From Malacoraja senta (lineage: Eukaryota): a DNA stretch of 64,000 nt. The position numbers and the translations under genes were made by a program. Shown here in pieces: positions 13,801-28,479 of the stretch. The notes beneath the pieces are model-generated. The model was not told where the DNA came from, did not search any database, and saw nothing but the letters and a program-made list of their open reading frames with translations. The first letter of the stretch is position 1. Each line of letters starts with the position of its first letter. The stretch is from the NCBI GenBank assembly GCA_038087875.1, contig CM075984.1, forward strand, positions 45,756,001 to 45,820,000, written 5' to 3'.

Positions 13801-13940
13801 TTTAGATTTTCTTAATTTTTTTCCTGACATTTTTCCTTAATGATTCGAGGATTTTCTCATTGACAGATGCTTTGCCAACTGGCCTATAGTTTCCTGATTT
13901 CTGTTGCCTTTCTTCTTGAATAGGTTACATCTTCTATTTC
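10870..13940 (-). mobile_element. Older degenerate CR1-like LINE, interrupted by the young CR1 at 11457-13168
   Basis: Decayed CR1 ORF2/3' end similarity on both sides of the young copy; boundaries approximate. Confidence 0.45.
11457..13168 (+). mobile_element. CR1 (HER1-like) LINE, 5'-truncated, with an internal inverted insertion
   Basis: ORF2 motifs [40 protein letters not shown] and RPHLEYCAQFW. 3' tail CCTGCACCTATTTTCTATGTTTCT. Confidence 0.95.
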
Positions 13941-13959
13941 CCAGTCATTATGGATAAAG

Positions 13960-14972
13960 ACAGGGCAGGCCCACTATTTAGAATTCTGAACTGGGGCAAG
14001 GCCAACTTTGATGCTACTAGAGAGGTACTTGCTTAAACTGATTGGAGTATGCTGATTGTGGGTAAAGGAAAGCCCAGTTAGTGAAATGACAAGCGTTCAG
14101 GGTGTACACGCTCCTGTTAGAACGAAGGGTAAGGCAGGTGGGAGTAAGGAAGCCTGCTTGACTAGAGAAACTGAGGCTATGGTCAGCGAAATTAAGGAGG
14201 CATGCTTATCGGCAGCTGGAATCAAGCGTATCCCTGGGGGAGCATAGTTAAGAGAATCAGGAGGGCAAAAAAAAGGGGGGTAGGAGATACCTTTGAAGAA
14301 GTAACCAAAACGGTTAACAAGAGCAAAGCCTTAAAAATTGTCTATATTCAGCAAGGCATTTGATCAGATTTCACATGGTAGGCTGCTCTGGAAGATAAGA
14401 TCGCATGGGATAAGGGAGAGCTTGCTTACTGAACAGAGAATTGTCTTCATGGAAGGAAGCAAAGGCTGATGGTGGAAGGTTCTTTTCAGACTGGAGACCT
14501 GTGACTAGTGGAGTGCCTCAGGGATTTGTGCTGGGCCCATTGCTGTTTGTGATTTATATCTATAATTTGGATGAGAATGTACAAGGCATGATTGGTAATT
14601 TTGCAGATGGCACTGAAGTGTGGGTATTGTAGATATCGAAGATAGTTATCAAAAATTACAGCAGGATGTTGATCAGCTGAGGAATGGTTAACGGGCTTTA
14701 ATGCAGACATGTGCAAGGTGTTGCAATTTGGAAAGTCAAACTAGGGCAAGCCCTTCACAGTGAATGGCAGGGCCCAGGAGAGTGTAGAGCAGAGGGATCT
14801 AGGAGGACCAGTACAGAGCCTCCTGAAAGTGGCATCACGGGTAGATAGGGTGGTCCAGAATGCTTTTGGTACATTTGCCTTCATCAATAAGGGTACTGAC
14901 TATAGAAGTTGGGATATGATGTTACAGTTGTATAAGACATTGGTGAGGCTGCATTTGGAATATTATGTTCAG
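13960..14972 (+). mobile_element. Degenerate CR1 LINE fragment
   Basis: [20 protein letters not shown]...FADG and LYKTLVRLHLEY. Confidence 0.8.
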
Positions 14973-15008
14973 TGATATTGATATATTAAAACATTACCGA
15001 CAAATTTA

Positions 15009-15221
<213 letters not shown>

Positions 15222-15664
15222 TTAAAAAAATATGATACCAACAATTGCACCATGACTAATTGTAAAGTTCTTACCATCTACTTGTTATTACTTACAGAAA
15301 AATCACGTGTTAAAGAATATTCAGGAGTTATAGAATTATGTGGATAGAAGATATTTATTGGAATGAGAATTAATCTTCAAAATAGGAATAAAAACCTGTT
15401 CACAATTTAACTTGCAAGTATACTTTAACGCTATCGAAAGCAATCCGGCGAGGGACATCCTGAAACTAAAATATTGAGGACAGTAGACGTTCAAATTAAT
15501 TGGCTTATTGAAGCCTTCACGAGTAAACGAGGAAAGACAATAGCGATCATTCTCCTGTAAAAAGCTTATCAGACTGAAGAAGGGCCCCAACCTGAACCAT
15601 CGCTTGTCCGTTTCCCTCCAAAGATGCTGAATGACCCGCTGAGTTCCCCCAGACTGTGTGTTTT

Positions 15665-16140
15665 GAGCAGATGATAGAACAAGTGATGGACTGGCTATGT
15701 CCACAACTCTTTGCAACTGTCTTGGGCAAAGCAGCTGTTGTACCTAGTTGTGATGCATCTCCATGGTATGCCTTTTGCGGTGCATCTATGGAAATTCATG
15801 AGAGTCATAGTAGTGTCTAAATTTTCTTAACCTTGTGAGGAAGTAGAGGCGTGATATGCATTCTTGGTCATAGTATTAATGTGCTATGACCAAGATAATT
15901 GATAATATTTACACCTTGGAACTTGAAGCTCTCAACTACTTCCTACCTATTTCAGAATCATTGTTACAGACTCGAGTGTGTACTCCACCCAGATTCCTGT
16001 AGTCGACTTTGTTTTGCTGATATTACGGAACAAGTTGTCGCCATGACACCATGTTACCAAGCTTTCTATTTCCTTTCTGTATTTCCTTATAATTGTTCTG
16101 ATCTGTTCCACTATGGTGGCGTCATCTGCAAACGTGTAAA
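15665..16140 (-). mobile_element. Degenerate Rex1-like RT fragment
   Basis: FADD codons at about 16120-16132 and RLYFL codons at about 15838-15852 on the minus strand. Confidence 0.55.
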
Positions 16141-16189
16141 TGGATTACATCAGGAGTCCCCAGGAGTAGAGCCCAAAACACAAACAAGA

Positions 16190-16700
16190 ATTGATGGAAA
16201 TGGTGCAGCTGCCTGCAGAGATACCAGTGATTAAAGCAATGGCACACCAGAAATGGGAAAGTAAGAAGCGGAAATGGAACGAGTAGGCAGATCTCGGGGC
16301 AAAATGAGCAAAAGGATAGAAATTGCGAGCATAAACCAAGCAACTTCAAAAAAATGTAGTAAAATTATATGGAGATATGGGAACAGGGGAGAAAGGAGAA
16401 ACTTGGAGCAATTGTGGAATCAGATGGTAGCTGGTCCCTTGTGGAGGGAGGAGTAGCTGTAGCTCCAGTGTGCATGCATAGGATGATGCATCACAGAAGG
16501 CACAGCATGATCATGCCCAGACCTGGTGGGCAGACAGAGAAATTGTGTCAGCAGTGCATCATCTGTGCCCATCATAACCCAGATGTTACAATAAAAGTAC
16601 CGATAGTAAACTAGCCAAGGCCATGGGAAAACTTTCAATGGACTTCATGGGGCCCCTACCAAATAATGAGCAAAACTGCTGTCTCATGAACATTGATCAT
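16190..16700 (+). mobile_element. Retroviral-like/LTR pol relic (RNase H end and integrase N-terminus)
   Basis: VIKAMAHQK...N..AD..AK (RNase H), CQQCIICAHHN (integrase zinc finger) and MDFMGPLP (first catalytic D); many stops and frameshifts. Confidence 0.7.
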
Positions 16701-17231
16701 TGATCATGACCTGGTTCTCCTGATGAATAAACACCTTCATATCTACAATTCCAGTGTCTCTTAGTAACGAAGTTCATGTCACAAGTCTTTGAACTATTAT
16801 TTTGACAATGTTCCATGATAGAGGTTTATGTGAAAAACGACCATAAAACTGCAAGAAAGATCACTACCCCCCACACAATTATGTCCAGCACTATTACTTA
16901 TAGCTTGCAGTTTACTGGGGGGGGAATTCATCATTCCTGTTAAGAAATTTTCAGACATCTTGCAAACATTATAATTGACAAAAACTGAAACACAGTAGAT
17001 GCTGGAACTCTGAGCCAAAATAATATTTTGTTCAGGTAAAGAGAGCCAGTTGATATTTCTGGTGGATCATCAGGTGTCAAAAGTGATTAAAGTTAGAGAG
17101 AAAACAGGTTTCACACAAGCATCCACGTAGAGAAATAAGGGAAGAGAAAGGAAAAAATGATAAAGGAACTGTGAGGGGGGGGGGGGGCAAAAAAAAAAAA
17201 TCACAAGTTTCCCCTTTTTTCCCCTGTTGCA

Positions 17232-19185
17232 AAAAAAAATCACAAGTGGTTAAAGTGCACATTGCCAGATTTTTAATAAAGGCCATTTTTTTAATATATT
17301 TTGGTTTCACCATATAAAATTTACAGCAGTATTTATACATTGTCCCCCCCATTTCGGGGCACCACAATGTTTGGGACACAGCAATGTCATGTAAATGAAA
17401 GTAGCCATGTTTAGTATTTTGTTGCAAATCCTTTGCATGCAATTACTGCTTGAAGTCTGCGATTCATGGACATCACCAGTTGCTGGGTGTCTTCTCTGGT
17501 GATGCTCTGCCAAGCCTGTATTGCAGCCATCTTTAGCTTATGCTTGTTTTGGGGGCTAGTTCCCTTCAGTTTTCTCTTCAGCATATAAAAGGCATGCTCA
17601 ATTGGGTTCAGATCGGGTGATTGACGGTCACTCAAGAATTGACCATTTTTTTAGCTTTGAAAAACTCCTTTGTTGCTTTAGCAGTATGTTTGGGATCATT
17701 GTCTTGCTGAAGAATGAACCGCCAGCCAATGAGTTTTGTGGCACTTGTTGAACTTGAGCAGATAGGATGTGTCTATACACTTCAGAATTCATTATGCTAC
17801 TACCATCAGCAGCTGTATCATCAATGAAGATAAGTGAGCCAGTACCTTCAGCAGCCATACATGCCCTGGCCATAACACCCCCACCACTATGTTTCTCAGA
17901 TGAGGTGGCTCTCTTGGGCAGTTCCTTCTCTCCTCCATACTTTGCTCTTGCCATCAATCTGATATAAGTTAATATTCGTCTCATCTGTCCACTAAACCTT
18001 TTTCCAGAACTGTGGTTGCTCTTTTAAGTACTTCTTGGCAAACTATAACCTGGCCATCCTATTTTTTGCAAGTGGTTTGAATCTTGCAGTATTTGTATTT
18101 CTGTTCATGAAGTCTTCTGCGGACAGTGGTCATTGACAAACCAACACCTGACTCCTGAAGAGTGTTTCTGATCTGTTGGACAGGTTTGGGGACTTGTCTT
18201 TATTATAACGAGAATTCTTCTGTCATCAGCTATGGAGGTCTTCCTTGGCCTGCCAGTCCCTTTGTGATTAGTGAGCTCACCAGTGCTCTCTTTCTTCTTA
18301 ATGATGTTTCAAACAGTTGATTTGGGTAAGCCTAAGGTTTGGCTAATGTCTCTAACAGTTTTATTCTTGTTTCTCAGTCATATAATGGCTTCTTTGACTT
18401 TCATTGGCACAACTTTGGTCATCATGTTGATAAACAGCAATAAAAGTTTCCAAAGGTGATGGAAAGACTGGAGGAAAGACTAAGTGCTGAGAGCTCTCTT
18501 ATACCTGCATTAAGGAGGCAATTAAACACACCCGAGCAATTACAAACGCCTGTGAAGCCATGTTCCAAACATTATAGTGCCCTGAAATGGGGGGGGGGGG
18601 GGGGCGGGGGGGACACTATGTATAAATACAGCTGTCATTTCTACATGGTGAAACCAAAATGCACAAAAATGACCTTTAATAAAATCTGACAATGTGCACT
18701 TTAACCACATGTGATTTTTTTTTCAATTACAAATCTCAAATTGTAGAGTAGAGGCAAATAAATAAATTATAGACGACAATAGACAATAGGTGCAGGAGTA
18801 GGCCATTCGGCCCTTCGAGCCAGCACCGCCATTCAATGATCTCATGGCTGATCATCCCCAATCAGTACCCCGTTCCTGCCTTCTCCCCATATCCCCTGAC
18901 TCCGCTATTTTTAAGAGCCCTATCAAGCTCTCTCTTGAAAGCATCCAGAGAACCCGCCTCCACCGCCCTCTGAGGCAGAGAATTCCACAGACTCACCACT
19001 GTGAGAAAAAGTGTTTCCTCGCCTCCGTTCTAAATGGCTTACTCCTTATTCTTAAACTGTGGCCCCCTGATTCTGGTCTCCCCCAACATCGGGAACATGT
19101 TTCCTGCCTCTAGCGTGTCGAAACCCTTAACAATCTTATATGTTTCAATTATGGGTCATTGTCCCAAACATTATGGAGGGCACTA
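17232..19185 (-). mobile_element. Tc1 element family C, degenerate, with a CR1 inserted in one TIR
   Basis: Transposase pieces KHSGGGVMA, SPDLNPIEH and KGFATKY. Long inverted repeats at 17232-17378 and about 18562-18723, continuing after the CR1 to GGAGGGCACTA|TA. Left outer end lost. Confidence 0.88.
18771..19146 (-). mobile_element. CR1 3' end inserted into the Tc1-C TIR
   Basis: CR1 ORF2 C-terminus and 3'UTR with a (CTATTGT)n tail. AATTAT TSD at 18765-18770 and 19147-19152. Confidence 0.88.
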
Positions 19186-19578
19186 TAGATTACAAGAAAA
19201 AGATGGTCTTAATTTGACTGTCTTCATCTGCAGGACAGTGGATGGTCAGGAAAGATTGGGCTATTACCTTTTTCAGATCCTGCCAACTCATGCCTATTTT
19301 CATTTCCTAATTCTCCACATTCTGAATTTTTCCTTAATGTCTCCTACTTCATCACATTTGTTCTTCTCTTGTTCTTATCTGTGCTTTCATAGAATTAATA
19401 ACATCTAATTTTTCCTTCAGCACAAGATATCAGACCAGTTGAATGTTTCCAAAACTTCATTTTAATTTTGTTACGTCACTTGTGCAGATGTTAAAAAGTT
19501 ATCTCAAAAGATATTTAAAAATATATATATATGTTTAACTGTGATTTTTTGTTTCCATGTCCATTTTATAGAAATTGG

Positions 19579-19790
19579 CACAAAGTGCTGGAGTAATTCA
19601 GAGGGTCAGGCAGATTCTCAGAACATGGATAGGTGACGTTTTGTGTCAGGACTCTTTTCAGACCATTTGTCTGGATCAGTCTATCAGTCTGAGGAAGGGT
19701 CCTGACCAGAAACGTCACGTGCCCATCTTCACCGGCTGAGTCACTCCAACACTTTGTTTGTACACTAGTATCTGCAGTGCCTTGTTCCTC
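19579..19790. mobile_element. Head-to-head pair of Penelope-like terminal units
   Basis: Minus copy 19579-19663 and plus copy 19688-19790. Plus core reads CTGAGGA-A-GGGT-CCTG-ACCA-GAAACGTC. Confidence 0.75.
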
Positions 19791-19988
19791 TGCAGAAATT
19801 GATCAGTTTGGTCTGTTTCACTTACCAACATTGCAAAGATTTTTTCTGTTGGTAAACATTCAAAAAATATGATCAGCATTTACAGAACTTTAAAAAGCAA
19901 AGATATCAATAAACCAAAAAACGCAATATACTACTGCAGCAATTAAGCAATTATTGGTTCTTTCTTTATTAAAATGCATGCATTATCA

Positions 19989-20276
<288 letters not shown>

Positions 20277-21159
20277 TCAAAACATCAGCAAACAATAGAT
20301 GATTCTTGGAGCTGAAATATTCAACACATACTTGCCAGCTACAAAATGCCATAAAATTGAACAATGCACTTGAACATATTTATCATGAAATTTAACTATC
20401 TTCTGCTAAGTGACTGTTATTTTAAGTGTAATTCATGTAAAAATTTTTTTTTTTAATAGCAGACTTGCAAAGCAAGGCTATAAAGAATTTCAAATCAGAA
20501 TTTTTTTTCATTTTATTCTTTAAAATACACAAGGATTCTAAGATCTAGTTTTGTATTGGCCAACATAGTTTAGAATTTAGGGATTTAAACATGAGATTGC
20601 AGATACTGAAATTCCTCCGGTTTTTGTTATTTTATAATTTAGATCTTTATGGTCTACAACCTACTCCCTATTTTTACTTTGGCACTTTCATCCCAGAAGG
20701 AAAACGTGGCTGTATCACATAATTTGAACAGTCCCATGCGATCTTGTATCATTTGCCAATTAATTACATTTTTCAGTTTATCATGTCTCATCATGTTAAT
20801 GAAGCAATGAATACAAATACAATTTACATTTTAATTTGGCTTACTACTACATTATTAAAACTAATGTGGTTTATCTCTTGAGGGTTCTGAGACAACTTAA
20901 ATTCAATTTTAATAAGATTGTGTATACAGTTTTCATAGTTCAGCATAAATAAAAATGAATCAAATGACTCAATTGCAAACATTCAAATATCTTCAAAGAT
21001 CGAAGTCACTGGCAACATATTTATCCTCACTTCTATTTGCTCATGAATGTTACTCAATGAAATATGACAAAATTAGGAGGGGTTTTTGCTTTCAGAGTGA
21101 AAGTGTGTGTAATCGGGTTCCTGGTAGAGAATGTTCTCTCAATTATTTCAGTTACTTGC

Positions 21160-21256
21160 CTTTTTCACAGGTCCATAGAAAGTAGCATTTAGATCTGCTG
21201 AACCCATGTGATGCTGAAGTGTAAGTTGTCGACCACTGTGCTTTGCCAAATAGAAT
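21160..21256 (-). CDS. CUL3: Cullin-3 exon 12 (97 nt), GC donor
   Basis: [32 protein letters not shown], followed by AAG|GCAAGT. Confidence 0.95.
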
Positions 21257-22412
21257 CTATGATGCAAGCAAAAAACATAATCTGCATTTTCAACAACCTG
21301 TGAAGCTACAACTGGAAATGAATAAAGATTTTAAAGAACTTCAGCAAGGCTATATTCAGGAATAAAAATAACATTGCAGAGGACCCAAAAGATTTAGTCT
21401 ATTCTTGGCTGGCTTTAGCCACAAGTTCAGAGAAATTATTTATGCATACAGTTCAGTGACATTCATACCATACATTAGACACAATCAAACTAAAACAAGA
21501 GTGTAAGACAGTAGACCACACTGAGTCAGTACACGTCGTAATGTTGCAGGCGTCATCTTGCACCTTTCAAGTATGAGATTTTAAAAAATATTAGTGTCTT
21601 AACGGCCATAAAGGTCCGCTGTCCTTGCGGCGGCACCTGTACGGAGTTGCAGGGATTCTCCTGGCCAGGCAACATTGCTAAAATAATATTTTATTAACAT
21701 AAAAGGGTTTTTGCCTTATCCATCTGTTGAACGATCTAGAAGCCATTAAAACATCAATTTTGATGGCCTGTAAATACTTCTTCATAAGATGGTAATTTAT
21801 TGGAAGAACGCAAGCTTCTCTATTGCACCACAATATCTATGCATCGGAACTGATGACAAGGAAGTAAGTCATTGACAGCTGAGAGAGAAAAAATTATGGT
21901 AAATTTGTGGAGTGCATCGCTTGCCAAAGTAATATTTAACAATACACATCCATCAGTATATTTTGATAGGTGAACCAAAATGATTTTACATACTAATTTT
22001 AATGAAGATGGCTTTTTTCTTAACCTCTATTTTGGTTCAGAAAGTACTTCTATTACTTAAAATCCTCAACTGGACATTTCCACTATAATATTTATAATAA
22101 TCGCAAAATAATATTGGACGAAAGGCTCATATGATATTTTCAGAATTAACCAATTTTATAAATAGGATTAAGAGAAAATCCACAATTCCTTGTAACATTT
22201 TGTAATTCCACAATCTGAACTATGCTATCAATAAAAACAAGTCACAAGGATTTATCTGTAACCAGCAACCACTCGATTACCCTAACGTAATTTTTATATT
22301 GGGATTTATAAATAAATAAATCTCATGCTAATTCAATATTAAATATGCAACAAAGCCATCATGCTTTGGACAGCAAAAAGATCTAAAAAAAATGTTTATT
22401 GACAAAGCTTTA

Positions 22413-22589
<177 letters not shown>

Positions 22590-22972
22590 TCAAGTGAAAA
22601 ATATATTGTACATTAAATCATCTATTCAGCAACAAATTGAATATGTAAAAATAAACCAAATGCAACTCTGTGCCTCATAAGAGAATTTAAACCTTTAGGG
22701 CATCCTTTTATGCAAAAATCATGTTTAATGATAATTATATTTTTATACAAGATTCAGAGTGACTGATATTGGTGAAGGAAAAGGTAGTAAATGATAATAG
22801 AATTCAAAAAACGTGCACTTCTAACTATAATTTCTAGCAATCCGACATGACAAAATGAAAGTGTTCAACAGCTAACAGGTAGCAAACCCGCAGAATGCGG
22901 CAAATTTGAAACTTTAAACTTTTGAATCATTTGGAAATGCCCACACACTTAACTGACTTCGCCAAACACTTA

Positions 22973-23098
<126 letters not shown>

Positions 23099-23460
23099 CT
23101 AAAGGGAACAAAAAATGTAAGTAATTTTTCAAGTCTGATTAAAATTTCATGAAAATAAATCAAATCTCTGTTGTTTTCAAAGGAAATTACCAATTGAATT
23201 AGATACAACTTTTAATATCCAGACCTTGTCATTCAACAGAATTCTGTGGAAACTAAAGCAGAAAGTGTTTACATGATTTACATAAGTAGATATCCAAAGA
23301 ATCTTCAAGATGCCAATTTGAGGTTTATAAAAAGCTTCTAAAATGTACATCACGCTTTGAAAGCTGTTGCTTAAACACATCTTAATAATTACAATATTTA
23401 TGTTCAGTACTCAAGAATGTCAGCATGTTCAAAGAGGTTGACAGAACTTTACTACACATA

Positions 23461-25080
23461 CAGTGGCTTGCAAAAGTATTCATACCCCTTGAACTTTTCC
23501 ACATTTGTCACGTTACAACCACAAACGTAAATGTATTTTATTGGGATTTTATGTGATAGACCAACACAAATTGGCGCATAATTGTGAAGTGGAAGGAAAA
23601 TGATACATGGTTTTCAAATTTTTTTACAAATAAAAAACTAAAAAGTGTCGCATGCAAAAGTATTCAGCCCCCTTTACTCTGATACCACTAAATAAAATCC
23701 AGTGCAACCAATTGCCTTCAGAAGTCACCTAATTAGTAAATAGAGTCCACTTGTGTGTAATCTAATCTCAGTATAAATACAGCTGTTCTGTGAAGGCCTC
23801 AGAGGTTTGTTAGAGAACATTGGTGAACAAACAGCATCATGAAGCCCAAGGAACACACCAGACAGGTCAGGGATAAAGTTGAGGAGAAGTTTAAAGCAGG
23901 GTTAGGTTATAAAAAAATATCCCAAGCTTCGAACATCCCACGGAGCACTGTTCAATCCATCATCCGAAAATGGAAAGAGTATGGCACAACTGCAAACCTA
24001 CCAAGACATGGCCGTCCACCTAAACTGACAGGCCGGGCAAGGAGAGCATTGATCAGAGAAGCAGCCAAGAGGCCCATGGTAACTCTGGAGGAGCTGCAGA
24101 GATCCACAGCTCAGGTGGGAGAATCTGTCCATGGGACAACTATTAGTCGTGCACTCCACAAATCGGCCCTTTAAGGAAGAATGGCAAGAAGAAAGCCATT
24201 GTTGAAAAAAAGCCATAAGAAGTCCCGTTTGCAGTTTGCCACAAGCCATGTGGGGGACACAGCAAACATGTGGAGGAAGGTGCTCTGGTCAGATGAGACC
24301 AAAATTGAAGTTTTTCGCCTAAATGCAAAACGCTGTGTGTGGCGCAAACCTAACACTGCACATCACCCTGAACACAACATCCCCACTGTGAAACATGGTG
24401 GTGGCAGCATCATGCTGTGGGGATGCTTTTCTTCAGCAGGGACAGGGAAGCTGGTCAGAGTTGATGGGAAGATGGATGGAGCCAAATACAGGGCAATCTT
24501 GGAAGAAAACCTGTTAGAGTCTGCAAAAGACTTGAGACTGGGGCGGAGGTTCACCTTCCAGCAGGACAACGACCCTAAACATACAGCCAGAGCTACAATG
24601 GAATGGTTTAGATCAAAGCATATTCATGTGTTAGAATGGCCCAGTCAAAGTCCAGACCTAAATCCAATTGAGAATCTCTGGCAAGACTTGAAAATTGCTG
24701 TTCACAGACACTCTCCATCCAATCTGACTGAGCTTGAGCTATTTTGCAAAGAAGAATGGGCAAAAATTTCAGTCTCTAGATGTGCAAAGCTGGTAGAGAT
24801 ATACCGCAAAAGACTTGCAGCTGTAATTGCAGCGAAAGGTGGTTCTACAAAGTATTGACTCAGGGGGGCTGAATACCTTTGCACGCGACACTTTTCAGTT
24901 TTTTATTTGTAAAAAAATTTGAAAACCATGTATCTATCATTTTCCTTCCACTTCACAATTATGCACCACTTTGTGTTGGTCTATCACATAACATCCCAAT
25001 AAAATACATTTACGTTTGTGGTTGTAACGTGACAAAATGTGGAAAAGTTCAAGGGGTATGAAAACTTTTGCAAGCCACTG
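23461..25080 (+). mobile_element. Tc1 element family B, full length (1620 bp)
   Basis: TA TSDs; ~220-bp IR/DR-type TIRs starting CAGTGGCTTGCAAAAG. Confidence 0.97.
23839..24858 (+). pseudogene. Tc1 DD34E transposase with one in-frame stop
   Basis: 340 codons in one frame with a single TAA at 24172-24174. WSDETK, QQDNDPKH and LNPIENLW motifs intact. Confidence 0.93.
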
Positions 25081-26801
25081 TACATGAAATGAGGAAACTG
25101 TTTATCAAGAAAAGCTATACTGGAAATATAGTATGGATATACTATGGAGAGAACGTTTGCTCTTATGGAATAATCTAGAATGAGGGACACCATTTAAAAA
25201 TAAGGGGTTTCCTGTTTAAAACAGATGACTTTCCACCCGAGTCACCAGTCTTTTGAACGTTTTCTCAAAATAATGAAAGCAGCGTTATTGAATATTTTTT
25301 AATGCAGAGATAAATAGATACTTGAATAGAAAGGGGAGTGGGATGAATTTTTACAAAGGTAGACATAAATGTAGAGTTAAACTTTCAATCAGATCAGCCA
25401 TGATCTTCTGAATGCAACAGCGGGCTTGAGGAACCAAGTGGCCTACCCCCGCTTCTAATTCATATGTCTGTATGCAATTGAAGAACACTGGACCCATTCA
25501 GGAATCGTAGAACAGCTATGGAAATAAGTAGAATATAACAAGCATTCTTTGTTGGTTGTATCAGCATGGGTGTTTAAGAATCAACTAAAAAGTGAAATCT
25601 TGGAAACTTTTTAAAATTAGAAAAAGTCTTATGACAGTGTAATAGAGCTGATAGCAATATTTCATGCAATGGACTTTTTACATTAAATCAGGCTGCTCAA
25701 ATTAGCAATAACTGGCAATAAATTAACTTCACACATTTACATTACTGATTGTCTAACAAGTTGATGCAGTCTTGACCTGAAAAGTTAACCATCCCTCTGC
25801 CTCCACGGATGCTGCCTGATGTACTGAGTTCCTCCAGCAGTGTGTTTTTTGCTCAAAATTGATTCTTCCTGTTTTTTGCAGACAAAACATACCTGGGCAA
25901 TTTGCCATATTTTATGGCAGATACCATTGTGGTAATGGAACTGGAGCAGTTACCAGACTTGCATTAGTTCTGGCATGGATGTCGTGCTACAGATGAGTGC
26001 AGTAGTGCAGTAGATATTCCCATATTTTGTGCTCACAGCAGTTTTATTGATAAAAACAAGAGTGATTAGAACTGGCTGAACACTTTTGTAATGGTAGGGC
26101 TTCACTGGATGAAGCCAAGAGGATCATTGACTTAGCACTTCTGGCTGAATGTGGATGGAACAAATTCAAGCTTTATCTCGTGTTGGACCCTGCCATTATT
26201 AACGATGGGAATATTAGCGGTCCTGCCTACTTCCATTATTGTTTTCCTTACCCAATATTGTTGGATGACACAGCCTGTAAAGCTGCTACATGATCGCAGC
26301 AGCAACCCAGGTTCAATCTCCAGTGTAGAATTTATTTCAACCACAAGTGCTCCCCACCACTCTTCCCCTCTCCATTTCCTTCCACATGCCAAGGAAATGT
26401 GGGGTAGTGACTCGATTTGCTCCTAGTGTGAAAGTAGTAGAATCTGGGAGTGTGTGAGGGGAACCAGATGGGAACATGATGGGAATAAAATGGATCCTAT
26501 AAGATGGGAATGTATCTTGATGGACTTGGTGGAAGAAGGGACATCTTTCCATGCTACACAAATGTATGACTCTGCGTTCAAAATATTTAGAGCAGGACTG
26601 AAAAACTTTGTACTGAAGTGCTGGTCGCTGAGATGCTTAGCTTTGTCTACCGCTTGCTATACCATGTACAAGGTTCTGCATTGGAGCTTTGCCAGGTAGA
26701 TGCTTGATTTTCAGGTAATAATAATAATAGATTGTATTTATATAGACCCAATGTTGCCCAGGGCAAACACATTTAATACAATGTAGCTACAGATTACATT
26801 A

Positions 26802-27155
<354 letters not shown>

Positions 27156-28479
27156 TTAAAATCTTAGAGCTCACAATTTGTCTCTTCTCAGTTCATAGTT
27201 TGATGCAGTATTACAAACAAATAAGTGGAATTTCTGATTTTTACATTATGCTAGGTATTAGAATATGGGTGTAGATTCCCTGCAAAGTTTTCACTTTGAA
27301 CTCCCAAGACCTAAATACCTACATTAATGCTGCCTGAACAATCCATTTATAGGAAGCAATTTCCACTCAAAAAAACTCCAACAGTCCCAGTTAGAAGGAG
27401 AATATCTGCTAACTAGTGGTTCAGTAAGTATTCATCTCTTTACACTCAAAAACGTAAGCAACCTATGGTCAAATAAGCTCAGCACTGGTCCTCTCCACTA
27501 GTGCTCAGTGGTGGAAGCTGGAGTTTAATCACTTCCTCTTGCAAAAATTACTTTGCATTTAGTTTCTATGTGTCTAAATTCAGTCATTTGGAGAGGATGC
27601 ACCATTGCGACTTCAAATGACAATTAGATAGAGACATTATGCTCCAAGGGCAGATCAAAGTAGTTAATTGAAGCCAATTAAAAAGGGCATCAGACAGCTT
27701 AATAATGGTTCAATTACTGCAATCATGCTCATTTGAAGCTGGAAATGACATTACTTCACAACATTTTATCGTTATAATTGCATTTATAATTTGATCAGAA
27801 ACTTGACAGTAACTTCATTGAGCAAAGTCAATGGTGCCTCAAAATCTGGCGCAAGAGGTATTCCTAGCAGAAATTCAAAGAATTTTGAGAAACTAACTGG
27901 AAAAATATCCGATTTGATACAGTGCAAGAAAGCAGACCCCAACTTTGCCAATTAAAAGTTGCAAATTACCAATCAAAATACAAGGACCCTAAGCACACTA
28001 CTAATAGGAAGTGATTAAAAAATTTGTATGAGAATTCTGGATATTATATTATTAAAAATAAACAAGATGCCACAGCAAAACAAATGTAGAATTTGCTTAA
28101 GTTTGGGAGAGTGACCCAAAGTCACTTAAGTTCTGACTTATGCAAAGTAGAGGTTTCCCCCCAAGGAAGACAGGAACGTTAGAACAAACAGCCTAAAATT
28201 GGTCAGCAAAACATTTTGTGGCAAGTACAATTGTTTAAAAAAACATGCAACCTTGATGTTGAGACTAAAAAGAGAAAACTTTAGCTCAAAAGCTTGTGAA
28301 CTGAAATTTTCCATGACATAACATTTGTTCTCCAGCAGAAAACACTTATACATACTGTACATAAAAGTAAGTATTAGGAAACAAAAATAGCATGCTAATT
28401 TATCCAAATTCTTGCATGGATATCATATATTTTATGCTTATGGCAGCTCAGTTACTGGTTGTTGTAAAACATGTGCACT

